The notes under the pieces are model-generated. The model saw only the letters and a list, made by a program, of their open reading frames with translations. It was not told the origin of the DNA and searched no databases. From contig JANYFP010000072.1 of NCBI GenBank assembly GCA_025362555.1, positions 1 through 59,519 of the forward strand: a stretch of DNA of 59,519 nt. Reading direction: 5' to 3'. Shown here piece by piece: positions 36,327-45,976 of this stretch. The DNA comes from Verrucomicrobiota bacterium. GTDB taxonomy: Bacteria > Verrucomicrobiota > Verrucomicrobiia > Opitutales > Opitutaceae. Made by a program: the position numbers and the translations under genes. Position 1 is the first letter of the stretch, and every line of letters begins with the position of its first letter.

Positions 36327-37409
36327 ATGAAAGTCCCTTCCACGCTTCTGATTCTCGCGACCCTTAGCCTCTTTTCCCATTTAACCGCCGCGACGGTCGC
36401 TCCCGTCACCACGACCTATCACGTCGAACAAAACGTGACTCTTTCTGAAATTCCCCTCGGCACAAAATCCGTCAAATGGTGGATCTCCATTCCGAATGAC
36501 GACCGGTATCAGGAGGTGCTCGATTTCAATGTCGTCTCAGCCCCGGGCACATGGAGCACCGTGCGGGAGTTGGATCACGGCAACCGGTTCATGCTCGTTG
36601 AAGTAACTTCGCCCCAGTGGAATTCGCTTACGACCAAGGTGGAGTTCACGCTTCGTCGCCGCTCGGTTTTCACGGAGATCGATCCGGCGAAAGCAGGTGC
36701 GATCACCGACTCTCACCGGCTGCTGTTTGTTGACGCGCTGCGCAAAGACGCCCCGCACATGGAGGCATCGGCCAAGATTGTTGAATTCGCGAACAAGACT
36801 TGCGGCACTGAAACGAACGTCGCGACGCAGGCGAATCTTCTGCTCAACGCGGTTGCCGACTACGCCGACCACTATTCGAAAGATCCCAGCAAGCCGAAGT
36901 GCAGCGTCGGTGACGCCGGTGATTGCATGACGAACGCCGGCGGTTGCTGCACCGACATGCATTCGATGTTCATCGCTCTGGCCCGGGCCCGGGGCATTCC
37001 GGCCCGTTTGCAAATGGGCTATCGCCTCAAGGAAGCCAACGAGGGCAAGGAAGTTGATCCCGGTTATCGCTGCTGGGTGGAATATTTTGTCCCGAACTAC
37101 GGTTGGATCTCTGCCGATATCGTCGAAGCTGACGCGTCCAACGGCCTCGGTCGCACCCGCTGGTTCAGCGGTCTCACGGAGCGCCGTCTCTGGTTGAACG
37201 AAGGTCGTGAATTTAATCTCAATGGTCGCGCCGTGACGGACCACCGCGTCAACACGATGGTCATCGGCTACGCCGAGATTGACGGGGTCGAAGCGCGCGT
37301 GTTGGCCAACGAGAGCGCCAAGCAACTCGCTCAAATTTCCCGCACCGTGCGTTACACCGAAATCAAGCCGGCCGCGGAGCAGGTCAATGTCGCAGCGGCC
37401 AAGCCGTAA
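36327..37409 (+). CDS. Exported transglutaminase-like domain protein
   Basis: GCCTDMHSMFIALARARGIPARL core, GYRCWVEYF and GWISAD; signal peptide from ATG 36327. Confidence 0.85.
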   Translation: MKVPSTLLILATLSLFSHLTAATVAPVTTTYHVEQNVTLSEIPLGTKSVKWWISIPNDDRYQEVLDFNVVSAPGTWSTVRELDHGNRFMLVEVTSPQWNSLTTKVEFTLRRRSVFTEIDPAKAGAITDSHRLLFVDALRKDAPHMEASAKIVEFANKTCGTETNVATQANLLLNAVADYADHYSKDPSKPKCSVGDAGDCMTNAGGCCTDMHSMFIALARARGIPARLQMGYRLKEANEGKEVDPGYRCWVEYFVPNYGWISADIVEADASNGLGRTRWFSGLTERRLWLNEGREFNLNGRAVTDHRVNTMVIGYAEIDGVEARVLANESAKQLAQISRTVRYTEIKPAAEQVNVAAAKP

Positions 37410-37450
37410 TTCAACAACGTTGGGCCAAGGCGCGTCTCATCGAAAATCCG

Positions 37451-39040
37451 TCATTTGCTTTTCCGTCCATTCCAAAGCGCAAGCGCGTCCGGCGACCCCT
37501 GCGCGCGCACTCCGTTATCGGAGAGAATCTCATCGGTCACCGCCGCGATGTCCTTCCGGGGAAAAGCAAACGTCTCCACGCCGCGCCCGTAGAATTCGAA
37601 GGTGACAAAGTCCCCTTCCGCGCTGCCCAGTACTTCAACCAGGTGCGGCAGATTTTTGATCAACGTACCGTTGACCGATTTCACCACCCAGCCGACCGGG
37701 GGCCAGTAGCCTTGGGAAAGCTTGTGGGGAAAGAGCGGGGCCGCGACCGCGACGAGCTGCTCGCCCTCAAACGTCGGCGCATCGCCGCGCCGGGCGATGA
37801 GCGGGTTGCCCGCAAAGGCAACCCCGGCGACCGACGCCTGGTTGATGCTGTTGACCATCTGCGCCGTCGCCGGAGAAAACACCACCGGCCCATAGACAAA
37901 ATAAGACGGATAGGCTCCTTCCAGATCGGGAATCAGCATCGGCCGGCTCGGCGTCACGGGCAGTTGGATGTTTTTTGTTTTCCCCTCGCGAATCACCGTC
38001 AACCCCACCTTCCCGTCCATCACGGTTTTTTGCACCATGTATTCAAAACGCACGCGCAGGCCGTCGCCCAGCTTGACCATGCCCTCATCGTCCACCGGCG
38101 TGCCGCCGATCTGGGTAATCACGTCCCACTTTTTCAGAGGATAAGCCGGCGACTCGTCGTAAGGCGCGCGGACAATCACCCCGGTCTCGTTCTTTCCCAT
38201 CTTCATGAACGCACGCAGCGAGGAATTTTGCATCTTCTGGGTTTCATCGAACATGGCGGGCTTGCCGCGATAGCGGCCCTGCGCGATGTCGGAAACGAAT
38301 AATTCTATCTCTTCGTTCGGGATGATGTAACCGATATTCTGCGCCCCGCCCAGGACACTGAACGCGAGCCCGATCATCTTCTCTCCGGCGATCGCAGGGC
38401 CGCCGCTGTTGCCCGGGTTGATCGCCGCATCGATCTGGATCCTCAGTCCGGAAACGGGAAAATTATAGGGCGTGAATTCGATGCGAGAGACGATGCCTTT
38501 CGTAATGGACAGGCTGGTGCCGCCGGTCGGAAAACCGTAGGCGAGCACCGCGTCTTTGATCTCCGGCAGAATGCTGGCCCGCGGCACCGGAGCGTGGGTT
38601 TCGAAAAAGGTTTCGTCGTCCAACTTCAGCACTGCGAGATCGATGCCTGGCGCGATCGCTTCGACCGTCGCCGAAATCCGATCACCTGATTGATTGGCCT
38701 GCACCTGGACCTGGCTCGCATACAATACAACATGCGCGTTGGTCAAAATGCGCCTCCCTTCGATGACGACCCCCGTTCCCGTCACCTCCTGCGGCGGCTG
38801 TTTCGTCCAGGGCCGGAACGGCTCCGGGTAGCGCATCATCGAGAAAACCTTCACTACCGAATTCTCGATCGCCGGCAGTTTTGGAAGTGGCGCCGGAGCG
38901 GCGGCCGGGCTCTCCGCCGGTGGAATGGTTGACGGTGGAGTTGACGTACTGGTGGCCGAAGTCCCGATCACTGACGCCAGAAAAATACCCGCGACAACGC
39001 CCGACCAACGCTTGAATGAATCCATTCCGTCATCATGCAA
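37451..39040 (-). CDS. HtrA/Deg-type serine protease with PDZ domains (Deg2-like)
   Basis: ILTNAHVV (His), DLAVL (Asp) and AAINPGNSGGP (Ser), followed by PDZ-like regions. Confidence 0.92.
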   Translation of the reverse strand: MHDDGMDSFKRWSGVVAGIFLASVIGTSATSTSTPPSTIPPAESPAAAPAPLPKLPAIENSVVKVFSMMRYPEPFRPWTKQPPQEVTGTGVVIEGRRILTNAHVVLYASQVQVQANQSGDRISATVEAIAPGIDLAVLKLDDETFFETHAPVPRASILPEIKDAVLAYGFPTGGTSLSITKGIVSRIEFTPYNFPVSGLRIQIDAAINPGNSGGPAIAGEKMIGLAFSVLGGAQNIGYIIPNEEIELFVSDIAQGRYRGKPAMFDETQKMQNSSLRAFMKMGKNETGVIVRAPYDESPAYPLKKWDVITQIGGTPVDDEGMVKLGDGLRVRFEYMVQKTVMDGKVGLTVIREGKTKNIQLPVTPSRPMLIPDLEGAYPSYFVYGPVVFSPATAQMVNSINQASVAGVAFAGNPLIARRGDAPTFEGEQLVAVAAPLFPHKLSQGYWPPVGWVVKSVNGTLIKNLPHLVEVLGSAEGDFVTFEFYGRGVETFAFPRKDIAAVTDEILSDNGVRAQGSPDALALWNGRKSK

Positions 39041-39308
39041 CCGCCAGAACCATCGAGGCGACTAATATTTACCGGAGCACGGCGTCCAGAAACGCGAAAG
39101 GACTGTCTCGAGATAATGCAGAAACGGGAAACGGAGCGATCGAACCCGACACCCGCAGCGAGCCAGCACGCCGGGAAATGCCCCGAATCACCCATGCCGC
39201 CGGAGGCTTCCCGGTGAGCCGGCAAAAATTCAACGGGGTGAGTCCGCTACATGCTACTTCTTGGGCTGGCTTATGTGCGCCCTCCCGGCTTTCGACTGGT
39301 ATTATGCT

Positions 39309-40079
39309 TTAGGCTTTGCCTTGGATCGGCATTTTGCGGCCAGCCCGCTTACCTGGTTTTTCCGTTGTCGAATTTGCCAATTCCCGCAGCGCATCCGTCG
39401 CAATCCAACGCGCGGATCGGGTGTCGAGCGTGAGGATTTTTTTCGCCTCGGTGATGGCCACGCGGCGCAAGCCAGGACTGCGTTTCCCGATTTGACGCAG
39501 CGCCCAATTGATCGCTTTGCGCACAAAATTTCGTTCGTCGTTGGCCTCCCGCGTCAAGATCGGCAACCAATCCGCGAATACGCGATCGGGCAGATCTTTT
39601 CGCCGCACCGCCATGCGCGCCATCATCACGAAACCGGCGCGCTTCACGAATTCCTCGGGACTTTTTGTCCAGCGCAGCGTGCGTTCTTGTGCGAATGGGG
39701 TGTAGACAAACAGCTCGCCGCACACTTGGTCGCACACATCCCACGAATCAAAATCACGGCACCACGCGTTCATTTGTTGGCGCGTCACGCGAGTGGGATC
39801 GCCGATCAGCGCTGCGAGAATTCGCGCTTCATGAATTCCGCTCGACCAGAGCGCCAGCGCGAGGGCGTGGTCGCGGCGGTGCCGGCGCGCCAGCTGACGC
39901 AACCGGCCCATTCTGGTGCCAAGGTGTTCCGTTTTCGGGGTGATGCCGAATCGTCGTTGCCCCTCGATATCTTTCGGGGAACGGAGCGAACGCAAGTGGG
40001 CGATCAGTTTTTCCGCCGCAGCGGGCGCCATGACAGCAGATGAAGTGATTTTTGCCGCTGATTTTGAGCTTCGTTCCAT
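39309..40079 (-). CDS. AlkD-like DNA alkylation repair (HEAT-repeat) protein
   Basis: HEARILA, FDSWDVCD, EEFVKRAG, DERNFVRKAINWALRQIGKR. Confidence 0.88.
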   Translation of the reverse strand: MERSSKSAAKITSSAVMAPAAAEKLIAHLRSLRSPKDIEGQRRFGITPKTEHLGTRMGRLRQLARRHRRDHALALALWSSGIHEARILAALIGDPTRVTRQQMNAWCRDFDSWDVCDQVCGELFVYTPFAQERTLRWTKSPEEFVKRAGFVMMARMAVRRKDLPDRVFADWLPILTREANDERNFVRKAINWALRQIGKRSPGLRRVAITEAKKILTLDTRSARWIATDALRELANSTTEKPGKRAGRKMPIQGKA

Positions 40080-40278
40080 TATGAATCCTTCGCGCCGATC
40101 TCGTCACAGAGCCCACAGGGTCAGGAAGGAGTGCACTGAGAAATGCCTGCGATGCGATGATCTGCGAATTTAAACTTTCCCGCTGGGTGATGGCGCCTTT
40201 GGGTAATTTTCTGAGGAATTCCTCCGTGGCCTCTGGGTGTCCTCAGTGCGGTGTGTGTCCAACGGCATTTTCCTGATT

Positions 40279-40872
40279 TCATTGTGCGAGCGACTCGAGC
40301 GTTTCATTCCAGCGGACGATCACGGGCTTCGCCGGGTCGCCCAACGCATAACCAAGCACGCTCACCGACGCGGGGTCGAGCGGGAGTTTTTTTCCATCTT
40401 CGAGCGGCGCGCCGATCCACCGTGTCGCCAGGACCCGGCCAAAATGGCCGTGGGAAAAAACGGCGACGATTCCGTCCCTCGCCCGCAATTTCGCGATGAG
40501 CCGGTCGACACGAACAGCCATTTCATTGGGGGATTCGCCGTTGGGACAACCGTTGCGATAAATATTCCAACCGGGAAAACTCTCCAGGATTTCCGTGGAA
40601 CGCAGTCCTTCGTAATCGCCGTAATCCCACTCGGTGAGATCCGGCTCGATGATACAGCGGTGGCCGAATCCAGCGAGTTCACAGGTTTGGCGCGCGCGCA
40701 GGCGCGGACTTGTGAACACCTCGTTGAAGTTAACCCCACTCAGCCGCGTCGCTAATTGCCGAGCATCAGCTTCGCCTTTGGGCGTGAGGGCGACCTCGGT
40801 GCTACTGGTGTGTCGGCCGATGAGCGACCAGGGCGTTTCTCCGTGACGGATTAGATAGAGCTGTGAAAGCAT
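40279..40872 (-). CDS. Histidine phosphatase (phosphoglycerate mutase family)
   Basis: LIRHGET, SPRLRARQT, EWDYGDYEG, FSHGH. Confidence 0.93.
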   Translation of the reverse strand: MLSQLYLIRHGETPWSLIGRHTSSTEVALTPKGEADARQLATRLSGVNFNEVFTSPRLRARQTCELAGFGHRCIIEPDLTEWDYGDYEGLRSTEILESFPGWNIYRNGCPNGESPNEMAVRVDRLIAKLRARDGIVAVFSHGHFGRVLATRWIGAPLEDGKKLPLDPASVSVLGYALGDPAKPVIVRWNETLESLAQ

Positions 40873-40888
40873 GGGTGAGTGCCAGTGG

Positions 40889-41584
40889 TTAGGAAATCCA
40901 GCGCGCGATGCCGAACGCCGCCGCCGCCGCGAGCCCGCCGATAATACTGGTTTGCAGGGCGCTGCGCATCACGGGCACACCGGTAAAGCGGCCTTTGACT
41001 CCGCCAAAAACCGCGAGCGCGATCAGGGTTACGCCGACCGACAGGCGCAGCGCACTCGCGGAATCGCTGTAGAAAAAATACGCGCTGAGTGGGATGACGC
41101 CACCAACGACGTAGGCGAGGGCGATGGTCAGTGCGCTCTTCCAGGCGCGACTGGGATCTGGTTTTTCCAAACCAAGCTCGAAACGCATCATGAAGGAAAC
41201 CCAATCCTTGGGGCGCTTTCGCAGTGAATCGACCACGGTGGCGCATTCCTCCGCCGAGAGGCCGTAGGTTAAAAATATATCGCGCACTTCCTGCGCTTCG
41301 GCTTCGGGAATGCGAACGATCTCCTCTTCCTCACGCACCAGCTCGTGCGCGTAATGCTCGGCATCACCGCGCGCGGCGAGAAAACCGCCCAGTCCCATGG
41401 CAATCGATCCCGCCGCGATTTCGGCGAATCCAGCGGTCACGATGAGGTTCGTTTGGGAAATCGCGCCGGTCAGTCCCGCCGCCAAGGCGAACGGGACGGT
41501 GAGTCCATCGGACATGCCGATGACGATATCGCGGACGACGTCGCCCGCCGTAAAATGCTGCTCAACATGAAGGGAAAGTGGCAT
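40889..41584 (-). CDS. VIT1/CCC1 family iron/manganese transporter
   Basis: RDIVIGMSDGLTVPFALAAG, AGSIAMGLGG, MMRFELGLE. Confidence 0.93.
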   Translation of the reverse strand: MPLSLHVEQHFTAGDVVRDIVIGMSDGLTVPFALAAGLTGAISQTNLIVTAGFAEIAAGSIAMGLGGFLAARGDAEHYAHELVREEEEIVRIPEAEAQEVRDIFLTYGLSAEECATVVDSLRKRPKDWVSFMMRFELGLEKPDPSRAWKSALTIALAYVVGGVIPLSAYFFYSDSASALRLSVGVTLIALAVFGGVKGRFTGVPVMRSALQTSIIGGLAAAAAFGIARWIS

Positions 41585-41703
41585 GATTTAACTTAGCGGG
41601 CGCTCAGTAATCAGGCAAGCGGCTTGACCGCGTCGTATGACGGGATGGAAAACCGGTGCTTGCTTGAGTCGGCGGACGGCTTTTGCATCCTCCGTTCCAT
41701 TCT

Positions 41704-43062
41704 ATGAAACTTACTGATCTCAATCGTCAGGGCGGCATTGGCGCCAATTCACTCCTTTTGCAGATCGGCGATCTGAATATCTTGGTCGACTGCGGTCTTA
41801 ACCCGAAGACGCCCGGTCTCGGCGCCTTGCCGGACCTCAAGCTGCTGCGCGATATCGAGCTCGATCTCATCATTATCACGCATTGCCATTTGGACCACAT
41901 CGGCGGTTTACCCGTCGTGATGCGCCAGCATCCGAAAACCCCGGTGCTGCTCACCCAGTCGAGCCGGATGTTGATCGACAAGATGCTGCACAATTCAGCA
42001 AACGTGATGCAGAAACAGAAGGAAGAGGATGATATCTCCGGTTACCCGCTCTTCACGCACAAGGAAATCGAGGGCTTGGTGAATCGGTTTCACGGTCTGG
42101 CGTTCAAGAAGATCAAAAAAATCAAAGGCAAGCGCACCGAAATCGAGCTCATGTTTCACCCGTCGGGCCACGTGGCTGGCGCGACGGCGGTGGAAATCCA
42201 CCACGGAATGCGCAAGATTTTCCTCACGGGCGATGTGTTGTTTGAGCACCTGCGCACGCTGAAAGGCGCGCATTTTCCCATCGGCCATTTCGATACGCTC
42301 ATCATCGAGACAACCCGCGGCATGACCGAGCGGGCGTATGGCAAGGAGCGCGTCCACGAAATCGCGCGGCTCATCGATTCGATCAACGACACCATTGCGA
42401 AAGGCGGTTCGTTTCTTCTCCCGGTATTTGCACTGGGGCGCATGCAGGAATTGCTCGCGGTCTTTCACGATGCGCGGCGTTTCGGCCGCTTGATCGAGTG
42501 TCCGATCTACGCGGGTGGACTCGGTATCGGGCTCTCCGAACTTTTCGACGAAGTCTCGCGCAAAACCAAGGACGTGCAATTTGACCTGCGGATTTTGAAG
42601 GATCTTAACCTGAGAAAACTTCCGCGTAAAATCACGCCCGGTGAAGAACCGGTGCAGAAGGGGCTCTACATCGTCAGTTCCGGCATGCTCGTCGAACGCA
42701 CGCCGAGCTACGCGCTCGCTTCGGGGTTGCTTGGACACGCGCGCAACACGATTGGGTTTGTCGGCTATTGCGATCCGGATACTCCCGGCGGCAAATTATT
42801 GGCGACGAAACCGGGAGCGAATTTCCTGTTTTCCACGCTCGATGTGAAGACGAAGGTGAAGGCCCGCGTCGAACGATTTGAGCTCAGCGGCCATGCGGAG
42901 CGCGGCGAGTTATTGGAGTTCGCGGTGCAGACGAAAGCGCGCTGCATCGTGCTCACGCACGGCGATCCGGATGCACGCGGCTGGTTCGAAGCACAACTCG
43001 GCGAGCAACTGCCGAAAGCCAAGATCGTCGATCCGATTCCACTCAAGACGTACGAGATTTAA
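41704..43062 (+). CDS. Metallo-beta-lactamase / beta-CASP RNA-processing nuclease
   Basis: VDCG, THCHLDHIG, SGHVAG, TGD, PVFALGRMQE, SGHA, THG. Confidence 0.92.
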   Translation: MKLTDLNRQGGIGANSLLLQIGDLNILVDCGLNPKTPGLGALPDLKLLRDIELDLIIITHCHLDHIGGLPVVMRQHPKTPVLLTQSSRMLIDKMLHNSANVMQKQKEEDDISGYPLFTHKEIEGLVNRFHGLAFKKIKKIKGKRTEIELMFHPSGHVAGATAVEIHHGMRKIFLTGDVLFEHLRTLKGAHFPIGHFDTLIIETTRGMTERAYGKERVHEIARLIDSINDTIAKGGSFLLPVFALGRMQELLAVFHDARRFGRLIECPIYAGGLGIGLSELFDEVSRKTKDVQFDLRILKDLNLRKLPRKITPGEEPVQKGLYIVSSGMLVERTPSYALASGLLGHARNTIGFVGYCDPDTPGGKLLATKPGANFLFSTLDVKTKVKARVERFELSGHAERGELLEFAVQTKARCIVLTHGDPDARGWFEAQLGEQLPKAKIVDPIPLKTYEI

Positions 43063-43086
43063 GGGCGGGGCTGAGTATTATTCCGT

Positions 43087-43113
43087 GTAGGCACAGGCCT
43101 CCGTGCCTGTGGG
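43087..43113 (+). repeat. REP element, family A
   Basis: GTAGGCACAGGCCTCCGTGCCTGTGGG. Confidence 0.8.
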
Positions 43114-43144
43114 GCGGGGATCGTCGCGGGGATCAAATTCTAAC

Positions 43145-43204
43145 GTAGGTCGGGGTTTATCCCCGACAGCTTGCGCGATGTGTCGGGCATAAAGCCCGAC
43201 CTAC
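43145..43204. repeat. REPIN, family D (inverted pair)
   Basis: GTAGGTCGGGGTTTATCCCCGACA ... TGTCGGGCATAAAGCCCGACCTAC. Confidence 0.85.
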
Positions 43205-43228
43205 AACCGGAGAGAGCCGTGTTTGCCC

Positions 43229-44215
43229 TTACGTCTTCTCTCTCGGATTGAATTTGGAAACGCTCGCCAATTTTTCCCAGAGGACGCGCTCCTCGGACGA
43301 AACGGTGGGTGGATTCTTAATGCGAACGAGTGCGTAGAGATCGCCGCGGGTACCGTCTTCGCGCGGCAGGCCTAATTGGCGCACGCGAAGCTGGGTGCCT
43401 TCCACCGTGTCGGGCGCGATCCGAAGAATAGTGGCGCCGTCCAGGATGGGAATTTTCACTTTCACGCCGAGCACCGCTTCCCACGGTGCGAGATCGAGGT
43501 CGTAGTGCAGATCGTCACCGCGCAGTGTGAAGTCAGGATGCCGCGCGAGCCGGACCCGCAAATAGAGATCTCCGGCTTCGCCACCGGCATGTCCCGGGCC
43601 ACCTTGACCGGCCAAGCGGATGCGCTGACCTTCGCGCATGCCGGCCGGAATACGCACCTGATAGGTGTTGTTGCGTCCAGGTTCGCCGTCCATCTCGGGA
43701 CGGCGCAAAGTAACTTTGCGCTGCGAACCGCGCAGCACTTCTTCCAGCGTGACGAGGAGATCGGCTTCGATATCCCGGCCGGCTTGGGCAAACGTATCTT
43801 CATCGGATTCACTGAACGGCGCGGCGGTGCGGGAAGACGCGCGATGGCCGCTGCGGCGGTCACTAAAAAATGATTCGAAGAAATCGCTGAAGCCCGTGCC
43901 GCCGAATTCAAAATCCGGTTCGTGTGCAGAGCCGGGTCGGCGACTGCGCGGACCGTGCGGCGGGCGGGACATACCGGCTCCGGCCTCCTGCCAATTGGGT
44001 CCCATCTCGTCGTAGCGCCGCCGTTTCTCCGGATCGCCCAGCACCTCGTAGGCTTCATTGATCTCTTTGAATTTTTCTTCCGCCGTGGCTTTGTTTTTCG
44101 CCACGTCCGGATGGTGCAGTCGGGCCAGTTTTCGAAACGCTTGTTTGATTTCGTCGGCCGAGGCGATTCGCGCAACGCCCAGGGTTTGATAGTAATCTTT
44201 AAATTTCACGGCCAT
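43229..44215 (-). CDS. cbpA: DnaJ-class co-chaperone lacking zinc finger (CbpA-like)
   Basis: J-domain with HPD, FSDFFESFF, DnaJ_C domain; no CxxCxGxG repeats. Confidence 0.85.
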   Translation of the reverse strand: MAVKFKDYYQTLGVARIASADEIKQAFRKLARLHHPDVAKNKATAEEKFKEINEAYEVLGDPEKRRRYDEMGPNWQEAGAGMSRPPHGPRSRRPGSAHEPDFEFGGTGFSDFFESFFSDRRSGHRASSRTAAPFSESDEDTFAQAGRDIEADLLVTLEEVLRGSQRKVTLRRPEMDGEPGRNNTYQVRIPAGMREGQRIRLAGQGGPGHAGGEAGDLYLRVRLARHPDFTLRGDDLHYDLDLAPWEAVLGVKVKIPILDGATILRIAPDTVEGTQLRVRQLGLPREDGTRGDLYALVRIKNPPTVSSEERVLWEKLASVSKFNPREKT

Positions 44216-44323
44216 GAGCGGGTCATTCTCGGAGTTATCTCTGCTGAAATCAAGCGCGGCATAGTGGGGCGAAACCCGACCGCGGGAGCCGTTGGCTGGG
44301 TTAGTTTTTGGTGGCGCGTTTCC

Positions 44324-45640
44324 TTATCGCACGCGCGGCCAGGAAAATTTCTTGTCTGCCGGTGCCGGGGGAGCGGCGTCGCGATTCGGCCGGTGCGCCG
44401 CTCCAGGTTGCAGGCCAGCGGCAGCGGCGCGCAACTTGTCTTTCTTATTGGGCCGCTTGCCCTTGATGCCGCCGGTGGGATCGGGGACATCCACGGCGGT
44501 TTCAACCGGTTCGAAGCCTTCGATTTGCTCACGCTCCAGATTGAGGTGATGGCGTTTCTCGATGAGAACAAAATGGGCGTGTGTGCTGGCGCTGATGAAA
44601 TTGATTGCGATACCGCTCTCGCCGGCTCGACCGGTGCGGCCGATGCGATGCGTGTAATCCACGGCCGAGCGCGGCAGATCAAAATTCACCACGACCGGTA
44701 GTTGCACGATATCCAAACCGCGGGCGGCCACATCCGTGGCGAGGAGGACCTGTACTTTCGAGGCCTTGAAATCCGCCAGCGCCTGCGTGCGCGCGCCCTG
44801 GCTGAGTTCACCATGGAGCGCGGTGGCGGCGATGCCGGCTTTGCGCAATTTTTCTGCGACGTGTTCCGTGGCGTATTTGGTCGCGACAAACACTAGCACG
44901 CGCGGCCAGGCATGGGTCTCAATCAAATGACGCAGCAGTTGCGTGCGGCGAGGGGGATCGACCTCGATGGCGCGTTGGAGAATGTCGGGCTTCGTGGTGG
45001 TTTCGGCGGGTACGTCGAGGCGGACAGGATCGCGCAGAACCTTTTCCGCGAGCGCCTGCACTGCGGTCGGAAACGTCGCGGAAAACAGCAAGGTTTGGCG
45101 ACGAGGCGGGAGCAGGGCGATGATGCGATTGAGTTCTTCGGTGAAGCCGAGCGAGAAAAGTTGATCGGCTTCATCGAGGACCAGCGTGGCGACGGCGGAG
45201 AGCGAGACAGCGTTGTGGTCAATCAGGTCGAGCAAGCGGCCGGGCGTAGCGACGATGACATCCGCGCCGCCACCGAGGGCCATCATTTGTGGATTGATGG
45301 AGACGCCGCCGTAGACGACCAGCGTTTTGATTGGTTCAGGCAGATAGCGGGCGTAATTGCGGAAGGATTCGCCGATCTGGGCGGCGAGTTCGCGGGTCGG
45401 AACGAGAATGAGCGCGCGGACAAAACGACCGCGCTCCCGGGGACTCGTGGCGAGCAATTGTAGAATAGGAAGAGCGAAGGCGGCGGTCTTTCCCGAGCCG
45501 GTTTGCGCCGAGGCTTGCACATCGCTGCCCCGCAGCACGGCGGGAATTGCCATGGCCTGGATTGGCGTGGGCGCAGCGTAGTCGCGTTCCGCGACGACTC
45601 GAAGGAGAGGCGCAGAAAGACCGAGGGAGGAAAAAGGCAT
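44324..45640 (-). CDS. DEAD-box RNA helicase (RhlE-like)
   Basis: PTPIQ, AQTGSGKT, PTRELA, TPGRL, DEAD, SAT, ARGLD, HRIGRTGR. Confidence 0.95.
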   Translation of the reverse strand: MPFSSLGLSAPLLRVVAERDYAAPTPIQAMAIPAVLRGSDVQASAQTGSGKTAAFALPILQLLATSPRERGRFVRALILVPTRELAAQIGESFRNYARYLPEPIKTLVVYGGVSINPQMMALGGGADVIVATPGRLLDLIDHNAVSLSAVATLVLDEADQLFSLGFTEELNRIIALLPPRRQTLLFSATFPTAVQALAEKVLRDPVRLDVPAETTTKPDILQRAIEVDPPRRTQLLRHLIETHAWPRVLVFVATKYATEHVAEKLRKAGIAATALHGELSQGARTQALADFKASKVQVLLATDVAARGLDIVQLPVVVNFDLPRSAVDYTHRIGRTGRAGESGIAINFISASTHAHFVLIEKRHHLNLEREQIEGFEPVETAVDVPDPTGGIKGKRPNKKDKLRAAAAGLQPGAAHRPNRDAAPPAPADKKFSWPRVR

Positions 45641-45976
45641 ACCAGAATCGATGGCGGGGAAGGGGCGCCATTGGAACATTAAAGCATGGGTACGGAAATG
45701 GGCGGTTGAGCTGCCGTTTCATCTGCAGGGCAACCTGCTTTAACTAATTTTCTCGCCGCTGAGATTCACGTAATACCAATCACCTCAAGCTTCTGCATTT
45801 TACTCCAAGGTCGCCAAGACCGCTAAGTACGATTCTTCGACGACTGGGAGCTCTGCGTGCTTTGCGCACCTTGGGGTAAAAGCATGGGACGTTTGGTATA
45901 AGGCCGCAGCTCGGCAAGAATTACGTGCGGTTAGCGACGGCTCGACGCCGGGAGTGAGTTTCGTTTTAGTCCAGTC

